Source: a virus (Duplodnaviria > Caudoviricetes). Taken from it: DNA of 64,000 nt. The notes beneath the pieces were generated by a model. The model did not search any database. It was not told where the DNA came from and saw only the letters and a list, made by a program, of their open reading frames with translations. The position numbers and the translations under genes are program-made. The stretch lies in the IMG/VR virus record IMGVR_UViG_3300049892_000014, positions 1 through 64,000 of that record. One strand, written 5' to 3'. Below are positions 27,575-37,005 of the stretch, piece by piece; position 1 is the stretch's first letter; each line of letters starts with the position of its first letter.

Positions 27575-28060
27575 ATGAAAAGATTTCGTTTGCTTGGTGT
27601 AGTTGCTTGTTTGTTTGCTTTGATGTGCGTGTTTCCATTTAGCGCTAAAGCGGAATATAAAGAAGTTATTGCGGGTGGTGCGTCGTTTAACCCATACGCT
27701 GCTCCTAATACTTCCGTCAGCTTCTTGTACGCCCATCAACTTCGTGAGGGAACGTACAGTTTTAACATGATTGATATTGTTTCTATTACCAAACAGCCAT
27801 TTACAGTTGGTATTTCCGCTACGCCTGGTATAGCTCAACACGTACTAACGTTTAACGGGATTCGGGTATATGGAGTTGGTACTTTAGGAGCGGTAGTTGG
27901 TGGAACTGGCGATGCTAGTTACTCTCTATCTGGTGGCGGGACTGCGGCTATCGGACTTGGAAAAGGATTTATGCTTATGCCTAATTTCCGAGTACTGAAG
28001 AACGGTCTGACTGATCGTCAATATGTAGGTGGGATCATGCTTGCTTGGGGAAGTAAATAA
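27575..28060 (+). CDS. Signal-peptide protein, probable small outer-membrane beta-barrel
   Basis: Sec signal ending AKA; about eight alternating amphipathic strands ending in GGIMLAW. Confidence 0.55.
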   Translation: MKRFRLLGVVACLFALMCVFPFSAKAEYKEVIAGGASFNPYAAPNTSVSFLYAHQLREGTYSFNMIDIVSITKQPFTVGISATPGIAQHVLTFNGIRVYGVGTLGAVVGGTGDASYSLSGGGTAAIGLGKGFMLMPNFRVLKNGLTDRQYVGGIMLAWGSK

Positions 28061-28076
28061 TCTAACGGGGGATAGA

Positions 28077-28955
28077 ATGATAGCCAAAGCTTCGGGACAA
28101 GCTTCATACGAGGAAGATCTTAAACGATTTTCCAAATGGTTAGGCGTAACAAAGAAGAGGGTGGTCAGCTATCCCCCTCCTACGAAGGGAAAAATGGAAA
28201 GGTATATGCTCTGTAATGACCTGCATATACCATTCCACAACCAAGAAGCAGTAGTTCTTGCCATAGAAACTGGAAAGAAGGCAAAGGTTAATAAGCTCAT
28301 AGTGGGTGGCGATACTATGGATTGCTATAGCTTGAGCCGATTTTCTAAATTTGAATCAGTATCAATAAAAGAAGAAGTTAGGCAGGCTAAGATATTCTTC
28401 GACTATGTATCACGTAGCTTTAGCGAGATTTATGTTTTATCTGGAAATCATGAGGCTAGAGAGAAGAAGCATTTTGCCGACAGACTCACCTCTGATGAGT
28501 TGGAGTGGTTGCTAGACAGATCTATGCTATCCAGAATCACTCACGACATGCCCAATGTTAAAATCCACGAAAATATTGTTCATGGCAATAATCTGAGCTG
28601 GTTTAAGCAGATAGGTAATGATGTCGTGGTTGGACATCCTGAGCGTTCAAGCACTCAACACTTGAAGCCAGCTGATGACTTTAGGAAATGGCTTGATCAA
28701 TGGGGGTCTTCACTTGGAGTTAACCCTAGGCCACGCCTGGTTATTATTGGTCATACTCATAGTGCTGGGCAGACTTTTGCTGGGGATACTATGATTATGG
28801 AGAATGGATGCCTGTGTAAGTTTCAGTCTTACGCCATGACTCCCGCTCTATACAATAAGCCACAGCGTCTTGCCTTTACTATTTGGGATATGGTTGATGA
28901 CAATGTCATCTTAGGAAGCGTTAACCAGTACTACCCATTTGCGGATAAGAAATGA
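28077..28955 (+). CDS. Calcineurin-like metallophosphoesterase
   Basis: NDLH, GGD..D, GNHE, GHTH motifs. Confidence 0.9.
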   Translation: MIAKASGQASYEEDLKRFSKWLGVTKKRVVSYPPPTKGKMERYMLCNDLHIPFHNQEAVVLAIETGKKAKVNKLIVGGDTMDCYSLSRFSKFESVSIKEEVRQAKIFFDYVSRSFSEIYVLSGNHEAREKKHFADRLTSDELEWLLDRSMLSRITHDMPNVKIHENIVHGNNLSWFKQIGNDVVVGHPERSSTQHLKPADDFRKWLDQWGSSLGVNPRPRLVIIGHTHSAGQTFAGDTMIMENGCLCKFQSYAMTPALYNKPQRLAFTIWDMVDDNVILGSVNQYYPFADKK

Positions 28956-29455
28956 TCTACTTCACCGCCGATCTACACCTAGGACACTATAATATCATTA
29001 AGTTCTGTAATCGACCGTGGCGGTCCATAGAAGAAATGGACGAAGCTCTGATTGAGAACTTTAATTCAGTTGTAACAGATCAAGATATTGTATATCTACT
29101 TGGTGACGTTGTTTGGAAAACGGCAAACGTAGACGACTACATGAGTAGGTTGAAGGGAAAAGAACATCACTTAATAGTAGGTAATCATGACAATCCAAGA
29201 AGGTGGGGTAATCAGTTCCTGTCTGTGAATGATGTTAAGCTACTGAATATCCCAGGGTATCCGCAAGTATGGTTGTCGCATTATTCCCATAGGGTATGGC
29301 CAGCATCACATTACAAGTCTATTCATTTGTTTGGCCATTCCCATGGTACGCTTAGGATTGATCCAGAGGTTAGATGTTGCGACGTTGGAGTTGATGCCTG
29401 GAACTATAAGCCCGTCAGTCTAGATGAAGTGGTTGAGTACTTAAAAACCCATTGA
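28952..29455 (+). CDS. Metallophosphoesterase (phage phosphohydrolase family)
   Basis: FTADLHLGH, LGD, GNHD, GHSHG, DVGVD motifs. Confidence 0.92.
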   Translation: MIYFTADLHLGHYNIIKFCNRPWRSIEEMDEALIENFNSVVTDQDIVYLLGDVVWKTANVDDYMSRLKGKEHHLIVGNHDNPRRWGNQFLSVNDVKLLNIPGYPQVWLSHYSHRVWPASHYKSIHLFGHSHGTLRIDPEVRCCDVGVDAWNYKPVSLDEVVEYLKTH

Positions 29456-29480
29456 CATTCTACAAAGAAAGTGATACATT
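29452..29480 (+). promoter_or_regulatory. Sigma70-type promoter TTGACA-N17-TACATT
   Basis: Extended -10 (tga-tacatt); ATG follows after a 6-nt gap. Confidence 0.7.
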
Positions 29481-29486
29481 AATCAA

Positions 29487-29837
29487 ATGAGCGAAGAAAA
29501 TGTTGAATATGATGCGTTAAATAAAACATCTAAATACCTAGATGTGCAATTAAACTCCGTTGATAATATTATTCAATATGTTATCAATAAGACACAACTG
29601 TCTAATGACGAAGTTTTAGAGTCACAGAAACGTGCGCAAGACATGATTGAACATCTAGAGGATAATACGAAATACCTAGGCGAACTCCTTCTTACTGTGT
29701 GCTTCTGTTATGACGGAGCCTTACGCACAATGCTTGCCATGGTACGTGAAAAGATTAAACCGGCCAGCGAAATGAATTTAGATGAAATAGCTGCTGAAGT
29801 TTTTCAAACAATGAAGAGTGAAGGAACTAAACACTAA
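29487..29837 (+). CDS. Hypothetical protein
   Basis: ORF immediately after the promoter. Confidence 0.65.
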   Translation: MSEENVEYDALNKTSKYLDVQLNSVDNIIQYVINKTQLSNDEVLESQKRAQDMIEHLEDNTKYLGELLLTVCFCYDGALRTMLAMVREKIKPASEMNLDEIAAEVFQTMKSEGTKH

Positions 29838-29848
29838 TCGGAGATAAT

Positions 29849-30709
29849 ATGATTATAGATACGGTTGACGCTTTAACCAACCTAGTTAGTCAGTTAAATA
29901 AGGAGGGCAATCTATTATACCCTCTTACGTTCTGTGATAGTATTGCGCCGATGCATAGGGTCAGCGTTAGAAAAGTACAGGTTAACATTGACCCCGACAA
30001 GCAGGAGATTTATCATCCGAAGCAAGTATCTGCTGGCAAGTTTGCGTTAACAAAAATCTCTCTACTTAAGATAGATCTTGCGGCTGGACTAGATTGGATA
30101 AGTCAGCTATGCCATAGGACAGATAATGGTATGGATCAGTTCTTCTGTACCTTCGCCGCATCTGCACGAATACAGGATCTAGATGGCTCATATCGAACAG
30201 TATCTACTGAGTATACATTAGACTACAGACAGGGATCTATAGCTATAGAAGGACTATCTGTAGGAGATGTCCGAATGCGGCGCATGTCTATTGTACAACG
30301 TGCAGAAACTGCTGCTAAGAATAGAGTGCGTAGAGACTGCGTTGGCCTTAAACCTGTCTACACAATAGACGAACTGAAGAAGCCGTTTATCATTCTTAAG
30401 CTTGTGAAGAATTTACCACAAGCGTATGATAATGCTATGGCAGCTTCATTGCTAGGGGTGGACCAGGCAATCTTTGGAGCTAGTATCCAATCAGATACAA
30501 TGATTACGCCTGCAAACGAATCAGCTGAGTTGGTGGCACCAGAAGTTAATCCAGTCGTCACAAAGGACGAGTTGATTCAGGCTATAAATGATCTGTACTT
30601 AGAGAAGCTTGGGATGCCAAGGCCAGCCAATCGAACACCTCTATCTGACCTCAGCGAAGACCAGCTGAAAGAGGTAATGCAAACACTGATCGTAGCGGAA
30701 AAGAAATGA
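29849..30709 (+). CDS. Putative ssDNA-annealing/recombination protein
   Basis: RAETAAKNRVRR...YTIDELKKPF resembles Rad52/ERF-like helix motifs; context upstream of SbcCD and SSB. Confidence 0.4.
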   Translation: MIIDTVDALTNLVSQLNKEGNLLYPLTFCDSIAPMHRVSVRKVQVNIDPDKQEIYHPKQVSAGKFALTKISLLKIDLAAGLDWISQLCHRTDNGMDQFFCTFAASARIQDLDGSYRTVSTEYTLDYRQGSIAIEGLSVGDVRMRRMSIVQRAETAAKNRVRRDCVGLKPVYTIDELKKPFIILKLVKNLPQAYDNAMAASLLGVDQAIFGASIQSDTMITPANESAELVAPEVNPVVTKDELIQAINDLYLEKLGMPRPANRTPLSDLSEDQLKEVMQTLIVAEKK

Positions 30710-30918
30710 AAGAGAAACTTGCACAGATCGACGGTCTTGCGAGGGAACTGCGTAAGGCTGTCGATCTTCTTGATATTAATCCAAGTAAAAAATCTAGCCT
30801 GAAGACAATGTGCCAATGTATGCTTGATGACGTTTATTCTATAACACTAGAACTTGGGAGATTAAAATGCAATACCGAATCCTGCACACCGGAGACTGGC
30901 ACTACTCAGGAGGAGTAG
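30706..30918 (+). CDS. Hypothetical protein
   Basis: ATGA-coupled ORF. Confidence 0.5.
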   Translation: MKEKLAQIDGLARELRKAVDLLDINPSKKSSLKTMCQCMLDDVYSITLELGRLKCNTESCTPETGTTQEE

Positions 30919-32000
30919 ACGATGATGTTGAAATCTCATTAAATCAAATCACAGAACACGCCGCACTAAATCATATCGACCTAGTTACCGTTGGCGGAGA
31001 CGTTTATGATAAGACATCTAGTATTGAAAGCAGGAATATCGTAAAAGAGCGATTGATGAATATTGCTCAATACTCACCCATCATTATCTGTAAAGGTAAC
31101 CACGACCAACCAGGAGACCTGGATATCCTAGCCAATCTAAAGTCTAAATACCCAATCAAGGTATATAGCGCACCTACTGTTGTGCGGTTAGCTGAGGGAA
31201 TTAATTTATACGTTATACCATGGTTTACTAAACAACACTGGATGCAGGCTCATCATGTTGACAGTATCGGAGATCTTAATGCAACACTGTCAGGACAACT
31301 ATTGAGGTACATAACAAGTTTAAAGAAGTCCAATCCAGCTGAACACCACATACTACTCTCGCATACACTGATATCTGGAGCTAGGGCTGAAAACAATCAA
31401 CCACTTATAGGTGAGGGTGTAACTATAGGAGAGTTTGATTTAGAGGAGGCAGGATTCGATGCCGGTCTATTATCCCACATACATCTACGTCAGCAATTCG
31501 GAAATGGTAATTTTTACTACCCAGGGTCGCCAGCTGCACTGGACTTTGGAGAGACCACCGACAAATATTTCTCCGTTTACAGCGTGGGAGATCGTAGCGT
31601 TGAGTGGTATCAGCTTAACTCAGTTAAAAGAATATGTATTGAGGGAAGCTATTCAGAAGGAGAATGGAAGCCAGACACAGAATACGGAAGAGGAAAACTC
31701 TCCGGAGCAAGGTTGAAGTTGATATATACCCTGTCTCCGACTGATGATCACAAGCTGGCGGCTGAAAAGATACGTGCTTATTACATTAATGACTTCGCTA
31801 AAGAGATCAAGTTAAGTCCGATAGTAGAGCAAAAGATGGCGGCAAGGGCTGATAATGTCAGTAAGGCTAAATCTCTGGAAGAAAAACTTCTTGAATACTG
31901 GAAACATACTGGACAAGACATAGAGAATAGTGGTATACTCAAAAAATTAAAACAGGCGGAGGTTGCGTGTACAACAAAAGAATTGCTATACAAGGCTTAA
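30867..32000 (+). CDS. sbcD: SbcD/Mre11-like nuclease
   Basis: ILHTGDWH, GGDVYD, GNHD, SHIH, YPGS motifs. Confidence 0.9.
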   Translation: MQYRILHTGDWHYSGGVDDDVEISLNQITEHAALNHIDLVTVGGDVYDKTSSIESRNIVKERLMNIAQYSPIIICKGNHDQPGDLDILANLKSKYPIKVYSAPTVVRLAEGINLYVIPWFTKQHWMQAHHVDSIGDLNATLSGQLLRYITSLKKSNPAEHHILLSHTLISGARAENNQPLIGEGVTIGEFDLEEAGFDAGLLSHIHLRQQFGNGNFYYPGSPAALDFGETTDKYFSVYSVGDRSVEWYQLNSVKRICIEGSYSEGEWKPDTEYGRGKLSGARLKLIYTLSPTDDHKLAAEKIRAYYINDFAKEIKLSPIVEQKMAARADNVSKAKSLEEKLLEYWKHTGQDIENSGILKKLKQAEVACTTKELLYKA

Positions 32001-34138
32001 TGGGGTTTAATGATATAGACCTAGACCTAAGTACTCTCCAGGGTAATATTATAGCAGTTGTTGGAGAGAACGGCGCTGGTAAGTCTACTCTATTGGAGTC
32101 TATGGGATATGCAGGATTATATAGAACCTTCCCGTCCAGGGAGCAGGGTATACATAAGTATGTTGGTGGTAGCGATGCGTACATAGAGAACGACTTTACG
32201 TGTGACGGTAAAGAATACCGCACGAAGATACTGATCAATCCAGCTGGTACTAGGGTTGAAGCGTATCTATTTGAAAATGGGGTGGCTATCAACGATGGCA
32301 AGACTAGCTCATTCGATAATGAGATAGTTAAAAGGTTCGGGAGTCCTGAGCTTATCCTTTCATCAGTATTCTCTGCACAGAACAACGTTGGTAGCTTCCT
32401 TGAGCTTCCAAGGCCCAAGAGGAAGGATCTCTTTATTTCCATGCTCAATCTTGGTATACTACAGGATGTGGCGAATTATTCGGCTAATATGGAAGCGCAG
32501 TTTGAAGCGCAAGAGAGAGATTTAGCAATCAAGATCCAAACACTCGCACCGGCTTGCTCTGTAATAATACCCGACAAGGAATCTCTATCCAAGAAACAGG
32601 AATCACTTGCCGCCTGTCTTTTGGATAGAGAGACAGAGCGTGATAGTCTGAAGGCTAAACTTGCAGAAGTGAATAATGTATTACTGGACCAGGTAAAGAA
32701 ACAGACTGTGGTTAACAAGCTCACTCTAGAGATAGACAGTCTTACCAGTAAGAGGGCGGCAATAAGAAGTAATCTAGATAAAGCTAGAAAAGAGCTGGAT
32801 AATAATATTGCCCCAACCGACGAAGAGGTTGCTAAACTTCAAGCTGAAGCCGATATGGTTGGTGTATACGAACAGAGAAAAGAGGATAAGGAGGCTGAAT
32901 TAGCTACAGCTGAACGAATTGTGGCGGAGAATAAATTAGCTATATCTAAGGCATCATCTGAGGAGAGTTCGATTAAGCAGAATATATCATTAAGACAGGA
33001 GATGTTATCTAAGTGCATAAAAGACTCGGAAAAGCTAAAGGAAGTACCATGCGGGGGAGAGGGAGAATTCTCTCTATGTCCATTAATAAAAAACTCAGTA
33101 GACAACAAAAACCTATTACCATCAATGGAGTCGCATCTAGTGGAATTGAGCCAGAGGCTGTTGGATGCACAAGTCTACACGAAGACACTGGCACCTGTTG
33201 ATAATTCGTCGTCGCATCTCAAATTAGATATATTAGATCTGAAGCAGAGAATAGAAGTTGCAAGAAAAGCTAGGATGGATATATCTATATATAAGTCCAA
33301 AAAGAATGACAGTACTATATTAAAACAAAGGATAGACGATCTATCTACTCAGCTATTAGAACTTATAGAAAACATACAAGGAAAAGAAGAGGAGCGTGAG
33401 GATCTTTTAAAGCAATTGAGTTGCGCTATGGATGAGGAGTATACAACACTTACTAAAAATGTAGTATCTATAGATAACGACATAGCTTACTATAAGTCGG
33501 CTCAACATCAGGTAATGATGGATCTTGGTAAAGTGGACGCTATTAAAAAGAACGTAGAATCCGCTCAGTCTGAAACCAGGAAAATTGAAAAAGAACTTGA
33601 GCATCTAAGGAAGGAGAAGGGTGAATGGAGTCATATATCCTATGCGTTCGGACCTAAAGCTATACAGGCTCTAGAAATTGACAGCGCCGGACCTTGGGTT
33701 AGTGATTTGGTCAATGATTTATTACGGTCATGCTTTGGTACTCGGTTTACTATCAACCTGATCACACAGGCAATGAAAGCTAATAAGAGTGGCATGAAGG
33801 ACTTCTTTGATATCGAAGTAATAGATGCAGAGAAGAGTAGGACTGGATTAATCAATGACCTAAGCGGCGGTGAGAAGGTGATCTGCTCAGAAGCGATCTC
33901 CCTTGCTATAGCGTTATACAACGGTAACGTGGGTGGGGTAAAATGGGACACTCTGTATCGTGACGAATGTAGCGGGGCGCTGTCGCCCAAAAATGCTTTG
34001 CTGTATATTAAGATGTTGCGTCGGGCGATTGAACTCGGCAAATTCAAACGATGTTTTTTCATTGCGCATCAACCTGAGTTGGTGGATGCCTCTGATAACC
34101 AGATTATCATTAAGAAGGGAAAGATAGAGCTTAAATAG
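31967..34138 (+). CDS. sbcC: SbcC/Rad50-like SMC ATPase
   Basis: Walker A GENGAGKST, Q-loop, coiled coil, LSGGE signature, Walker B DE, IAH. Confidence 0.92.
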   Translation: MYNKRIAIQGLMGFNDIDLDLSTLQGNIIAVVGENGAGKSTLLESMGYAGLYRTFPSREQGIHKYVGGSDAYIENDFTCDGKEYRTKILINPAGTRVEAYLFENGVAINDGKTSSFDNEIVKRFGSPELILSSVFSAQNNVGSFLELPRPKRKDLFISMLNLGILQDVANYSANMEAQFEAQERDLAIKIQTLAPACSVIIPDKESLSKKQESLAACLLDRETERDSLKAKLAEVNNVLLDQVKKQTVVNKLTLEIDSLTSKRAAIRSNLDKARKELDNNIAPTDEEVAKLQAEADMVGVYEQRKEDKEAELATAERIVAENKLAISKASSEESSIKQNISLRQEMLSKCIKDSEKLKEVPCGGEGEFSLCPLIKNSVDNKNLLPSMESHLVELSQRLLDAQVYTKTLAPVDNSSSHLKLDILDLKQRIEVARKARMDISIYKSKKNDSTILKQRIDDLSTQLLELIENIQGKEEEREDLLKQLSCAMDEEYTTLTKNVVSIDNDIAYYKSAQHQVMMDLGKVDAIKKNVESAQSETRKIEKELEHLRKEKGEWSHISYAFGPKAIQALEIDSAGPWVSDLVNDLLRSCFGTRFTINLITQAMKANKSGMKDFFDIEVIDAEKSRTGLINDLSGGEKVICSEAISLAIALYNGNVGGVKWDTLYRDECSGALSPKNALLYIKMLRRAIELGKFKRCFFIAHQPELVDASDNQIIIKKGKIELK

Positions 34139-34167
34139 TTGACAAGCTGTATTGATTATGGTATATT
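34139..34167 (+). promoter_or_regulatory. Sigma70-type promoter TTGACA-N17-TATATT
   Basis: Upstream of ssb, with TG extension. Confidence 0.75.
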
Positions 34168-34206
34168 CAAAATCGGTCAAACAAAACAGACAAAAAGGAG
34201 ATTAAA

Positions 34207-34581
34207 ATGGGTATTCGAGTAAATAACGTGGTGATTGGTGGAACAGTTGGTAAAGATCCAGAAGTGCGCTTTACTGCAAATGGTAAGCCGGTAGCTTCTT
34301 TTTCTATAGCTATTGATGCAGGGAAAGACAAAGAGGCTGAGTGGTTTGAGGTAACCGCTTGGGAACAACAGGCAGAATTAGCTCAGAAATTCATCATCAA
34401 AGGCTCTCAGGTTATCGTTGTTGGTCGCCTGCAACAGAGCAAATGGGAAGAAAAAGATGGTGGAGGAAAGCGTTCTAAGGTGGTAGTCGTAGCTAACAAC
34501 ATTCAGTTGGTTGGCGGGAAAAGAAAAGAGGACGGCGGCGGGGAACCTGCTGCTATAACTGATGCCGATATACCGTTCTAA
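34207..34581 (+). CDS. ssb: Single-stranded DNA-binding protein
   Basis: OB-fold pattern NNVVIGGTVGKDPEVR; acidic DADIPF C-terminal tail. Confidence 0.95.
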   Translation: MGIRVNNVVIGGTVGKDPEVRFTANGKPVASFSIAIDAGKDKEAEWFEVTAWEQQAELAQKFIIKGSQVIVVGRLQQSKWEEKDGGGKRSKVVVVANNIQLVGGKRKEDGGGEPAAITDADIPF

Positions 34582-35005
34582 AGCTAAAGGTAAGAATGTA
34601 GCTGAATTAGGGGAGGGGTTTTTCACACAACTCCTCCCTGGTTTAAAGAATGATAAAGATGGAATCCCAATTAAGGATTGGGTAAAGTATCTACGGATTT
34701 CTATAGCCGTGATTAGATTAGCCGAATATGATTATCTATCCCCTAGCGATGGACCGGATTGGAAAAGCGCAAAGTCTTTCCTGTTTGGAAAGAACAATCT
34801 ATTTACCACTGTATGTCAACTCCTAAAAGTAAATCCCAACATGGCAAGATTAAAGATTATCTCATATAAGAAATCTGGAATAGTTGGAGACCCAATCTTT
34901 AACTCCATGTTAGACGAATATACCGATAAAGAGACCCTATCATTAAATCCAACATCAGAAGATATTAATAGGATAATAGACAATGTGCGGAAAAAGCAAG
35001 ACTGA
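34562..35005 (+). CDS. Hypothetical protein
   Basis: ORF in operon. Confidence 0.6.
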   Translation: MPIYRSKAKGKNVAELGEGFFTQLLPGLKNDKDGIPIKDWVKYLRISIAVIRLAEYDYLSPSDGPDWKSAKSFLFGKNNLFTTVCQLLKVNPNMARLKIISYKKSGIVGDPIFNSMLDEYTDKETLSLNPTSEDINRIIDNVRKKQD

Positions 35006-35180
35006 TATATATTGCGACGATTGCGGCAGAAACCGGAAGCAGGATAGTACGATAATGTTGCGCACCTGTGGTCATATGCTATGTGATGTGTGTAATTATA
35101 ATGATGCGTGTTATAACGATGAGCCGTTTGAAGATTGGGCGGACATAGACGAAACAGATGAATTCTTTGAGGAGATATAA
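34983..35180 (+). CDS. Small zinc-finger protein (RING-like spacing)
   Basis: CDDC-x14-CGHMLCDVC-x5-CYND; acidic tail. Confidence 0.55.
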   Translation: MCGKSKTDIYCDDCGRNRKQDSTIMLRTCGHMLCDVCNYNDACYNDEPFEDWADIDETDEFFEEI

Positions 35181-35905
35181 TGAGTGAAGCGTTAGAGGTT
35201 GTGTCAGTAGATGGTGATGTTGCACGGGCTGTCTTAGCAGAGATAGACTCTATCATTAAGAACACGGAACAGGTCGCTAATCATTCAGTAGCTAGAATGT
35301 CTAAGCTACTAGTGGAGGCTAAGAATGGAGCATATTGGGCAGAGCGTGGCTACAAGAATGAAGACGAGTATGTTAAAACTTTGCCGTATAGTCGGGCGCA
35401 GTATTATAATCTTATTGGGATTGGACTACACCTCGGATTCCTACCCGAAGAAACAATAGCAGAACTTGGCATTAAGAAGTCTGAGGCTCTTGTTAGAATT
35501 TCTAAGCATAGTCCAACACTCACAGATGAATGGGTAGAGAAAGCCAAGAAGTCCACACATCAGGAGTTTTTAAATGATGTTCGTGACTTCTTTAAGAAGA
35601 AGGATGATTCAGATGGAGAAGAGGTCGAGTGGATTAGAATTAAAGCCTCTAAGAGCCAGTCTAATGTAATTCACGAGGCTCTTGCGATAGCAGAGAAGAT
35701 GCTCGGCTCTGATAAGAGTCAGGCACATCAGATGGAAACTATTTGTGCTGAGTTTCTTTCTGGAAAGCTTGACAATGGCGATGACCGATTAGATAATCGC
35801 AACGGGTTTATTATTAGTATTATTAGTGGCCTAGCTAGACAGCTTGATCACGAAGCTATCAACGCTTTAGTTGGTGCGCTGGCCGGTGTGGTAGAGGGGC
35901 AATAA
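35180..35905 (+). CDS. Hypothetical protein (helical, possible DNA-binding)
   Basis: Coupled ORF with GGAG SD. Confidence 0.65.
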   Translation: MSEALEVVSVDGDVARAVLAEIDSIIKNTEQVANHSVARMSKLLVEAKNGAYWAERGYKNEDEYVKTLPYSRAQYYNLIGIGLHLGFLPEETIAELGIKKSEALVRISKHSPTLTDEWVEKAKKSTHQEFLNDVRDFFKKKDDSDGEEVEWIRIKASKSQSNVIHEALAIAEKMLGSDKSQAHQMETICAEFLSGKLDNGDDRLDNRNGFIISIISGLARQLDHEAINALVGALAGVVEGQ

Positions 35906-35906
35906 A

Positions 35907-36098
35907 ATGAAAGCTGATCCTCAAGATCTGTTAACTGGAATATACGCAGATTGGGATTTAGTATCAAACGAAGAGAAGGATTACGTTACGGCTGTGGATG
36001 ATCTCCTAGCTGCCCGTGGACACCTATCTCCATTACAAATCAAAGAACTAAAGAGATTTCTACAGGAGGTCAAGACACGTGCCAGGGACAAACTTTAA
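35907..36098 (+). CDS. Hypothetical protein
   Basis: ORF in operon. Confidence 0.55.
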   Translation: MKADPQDLLTGIYADWDLVSNEEKDYVTAVDDLLAARGHLSPLQIKELKRFLQEVKTRARDKL

Positions 36099-36372
36099 GC
36101 AGAAGAGAGTTAAACTGACACCTGAAGAATACGAGAAATTAAAAAAGGCGGTAATGGTGCGTGATGGCTACCGTTGCCGCCTTTGTCTTTCTATGCTGAA
36201 TCTAAGTGTAGATCATATAGTTAAGCGTAGTCAGGGAGGTGGAGACACTATGGAGAATCTTAGGACTCTGTGTTGGATTTGTCATAATAAAGTGGATAAC
36301 GAAGCGGGGAGTCCGAAGAGTAAGAAGCTCTCTTGCGTTCCAGAAGCCTCGACAGAAGAGGGTTCTGATTAA
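36079..36372 (+). CDS. HNH endonuclease
   Basis: RDGYRCRLC...VDHIVKRSQGGGDTMENLRTLCWICH. Confidence 0.92.
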   Translation: MPGTNFKQKRVKLTPEEYEKLKKAVMVRDGYRCRLCLSMLNLSVDHIVKRSQGGGDTMENLRTLCWICHNKVDNEAGSPKSKKLSCVPEASTEEGSD

Positions 36373-36603
36373 ATATTTCATCCACTAAATGTTTAGACAT
36401 GTACTTAGACATGTATTCATTAAACATCTCCTCTAGTGTCTTTGGGTTCATCTTATCTAAAGATGACATTACATGCTTAAGATCTTCCTCTTGATCATTC
36501 ATATGCGGCAAAAAACTCCTCGGCTAATTGTTTTCCTATTTTCTCAGATGCTCTTTTCATCATCTCGTCTAATATATCTAATGGACTTGGTGTGTTCATT
36601 TTA

Positions 36604-36903
36604 TTAAGAGAACGCATCACATGTGCCAGAGATTCCTCCTGGTCCTCTTCCATTACTCACCTCCATTGCGTTTAATAGTTTAACCAAAGCTCGACTCTTT
36701 GCTGATTCCCTATTTGAATAGTTACTCCATTTAATCATCATATAGTAGCCATTCTCGCCTTCTTTAGTGGCAGTCCATTGTCCAACGTAGCTTTGATATC
36801 CACCTATATGATCTTCATCTGGTCCGTAATAATCCCATTTAATAGTCCAATCATTATGAGTAGCTTCTCCACATAAAGCCACTTGAAGCCTGATACTATC
36901 CAT
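36604..36903 (-). CDS. Hypothetical protein
   Basis: Start trimmed to ATG 36903 so that it does not overlap the tRNA. Confidence 0.5.
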   Translation of the reverse strand: MDSIRLQVALCGEATHNDWTIKWDYYGPDEDHIGGYQSYVGQWTATKEGENGYYMMIKWSNYSNRESAKSRALVKLLNAMEVSNGRGPGGISGTCDAFS

Positions 36904-36914
36904 AATAGAACTAA

Positions 36915-36990
36915 TGGAGCCACTGGAGGGACTTGAACCCCCAACCTTCGCATTACAGGTGCGTTGCTCTGCCAATTGAGCTACAGTGGC
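36915..36990 (-). tRNA. tRNA-Thr(UGU), CCA encoded
   Basis: GCCACTG-TA-GCTCAATTGGCAGAGC-A-ACGCA-CCTGTAA-TGCGA-AGGTT-GGGGGTTCAAGTCCCTC-CAGTGGC-T-CCA; 76 nt cloverleaf. Confidence 0.93.
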
Positions 36991-37005
36991 CATTTTTCTC
37001 ATAGT

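Noticed and set aside
36079-36372. Mobile intron or homing element
   Set aside because: Free-standing short HNH gene at an operon end; no interrupted gene or intron structure evident.
36604-37002. 132-aa ORF as given in the track
   Set aside because: Its 5' part is a translation of the tRNA-Thr gene; start moved to 36903.
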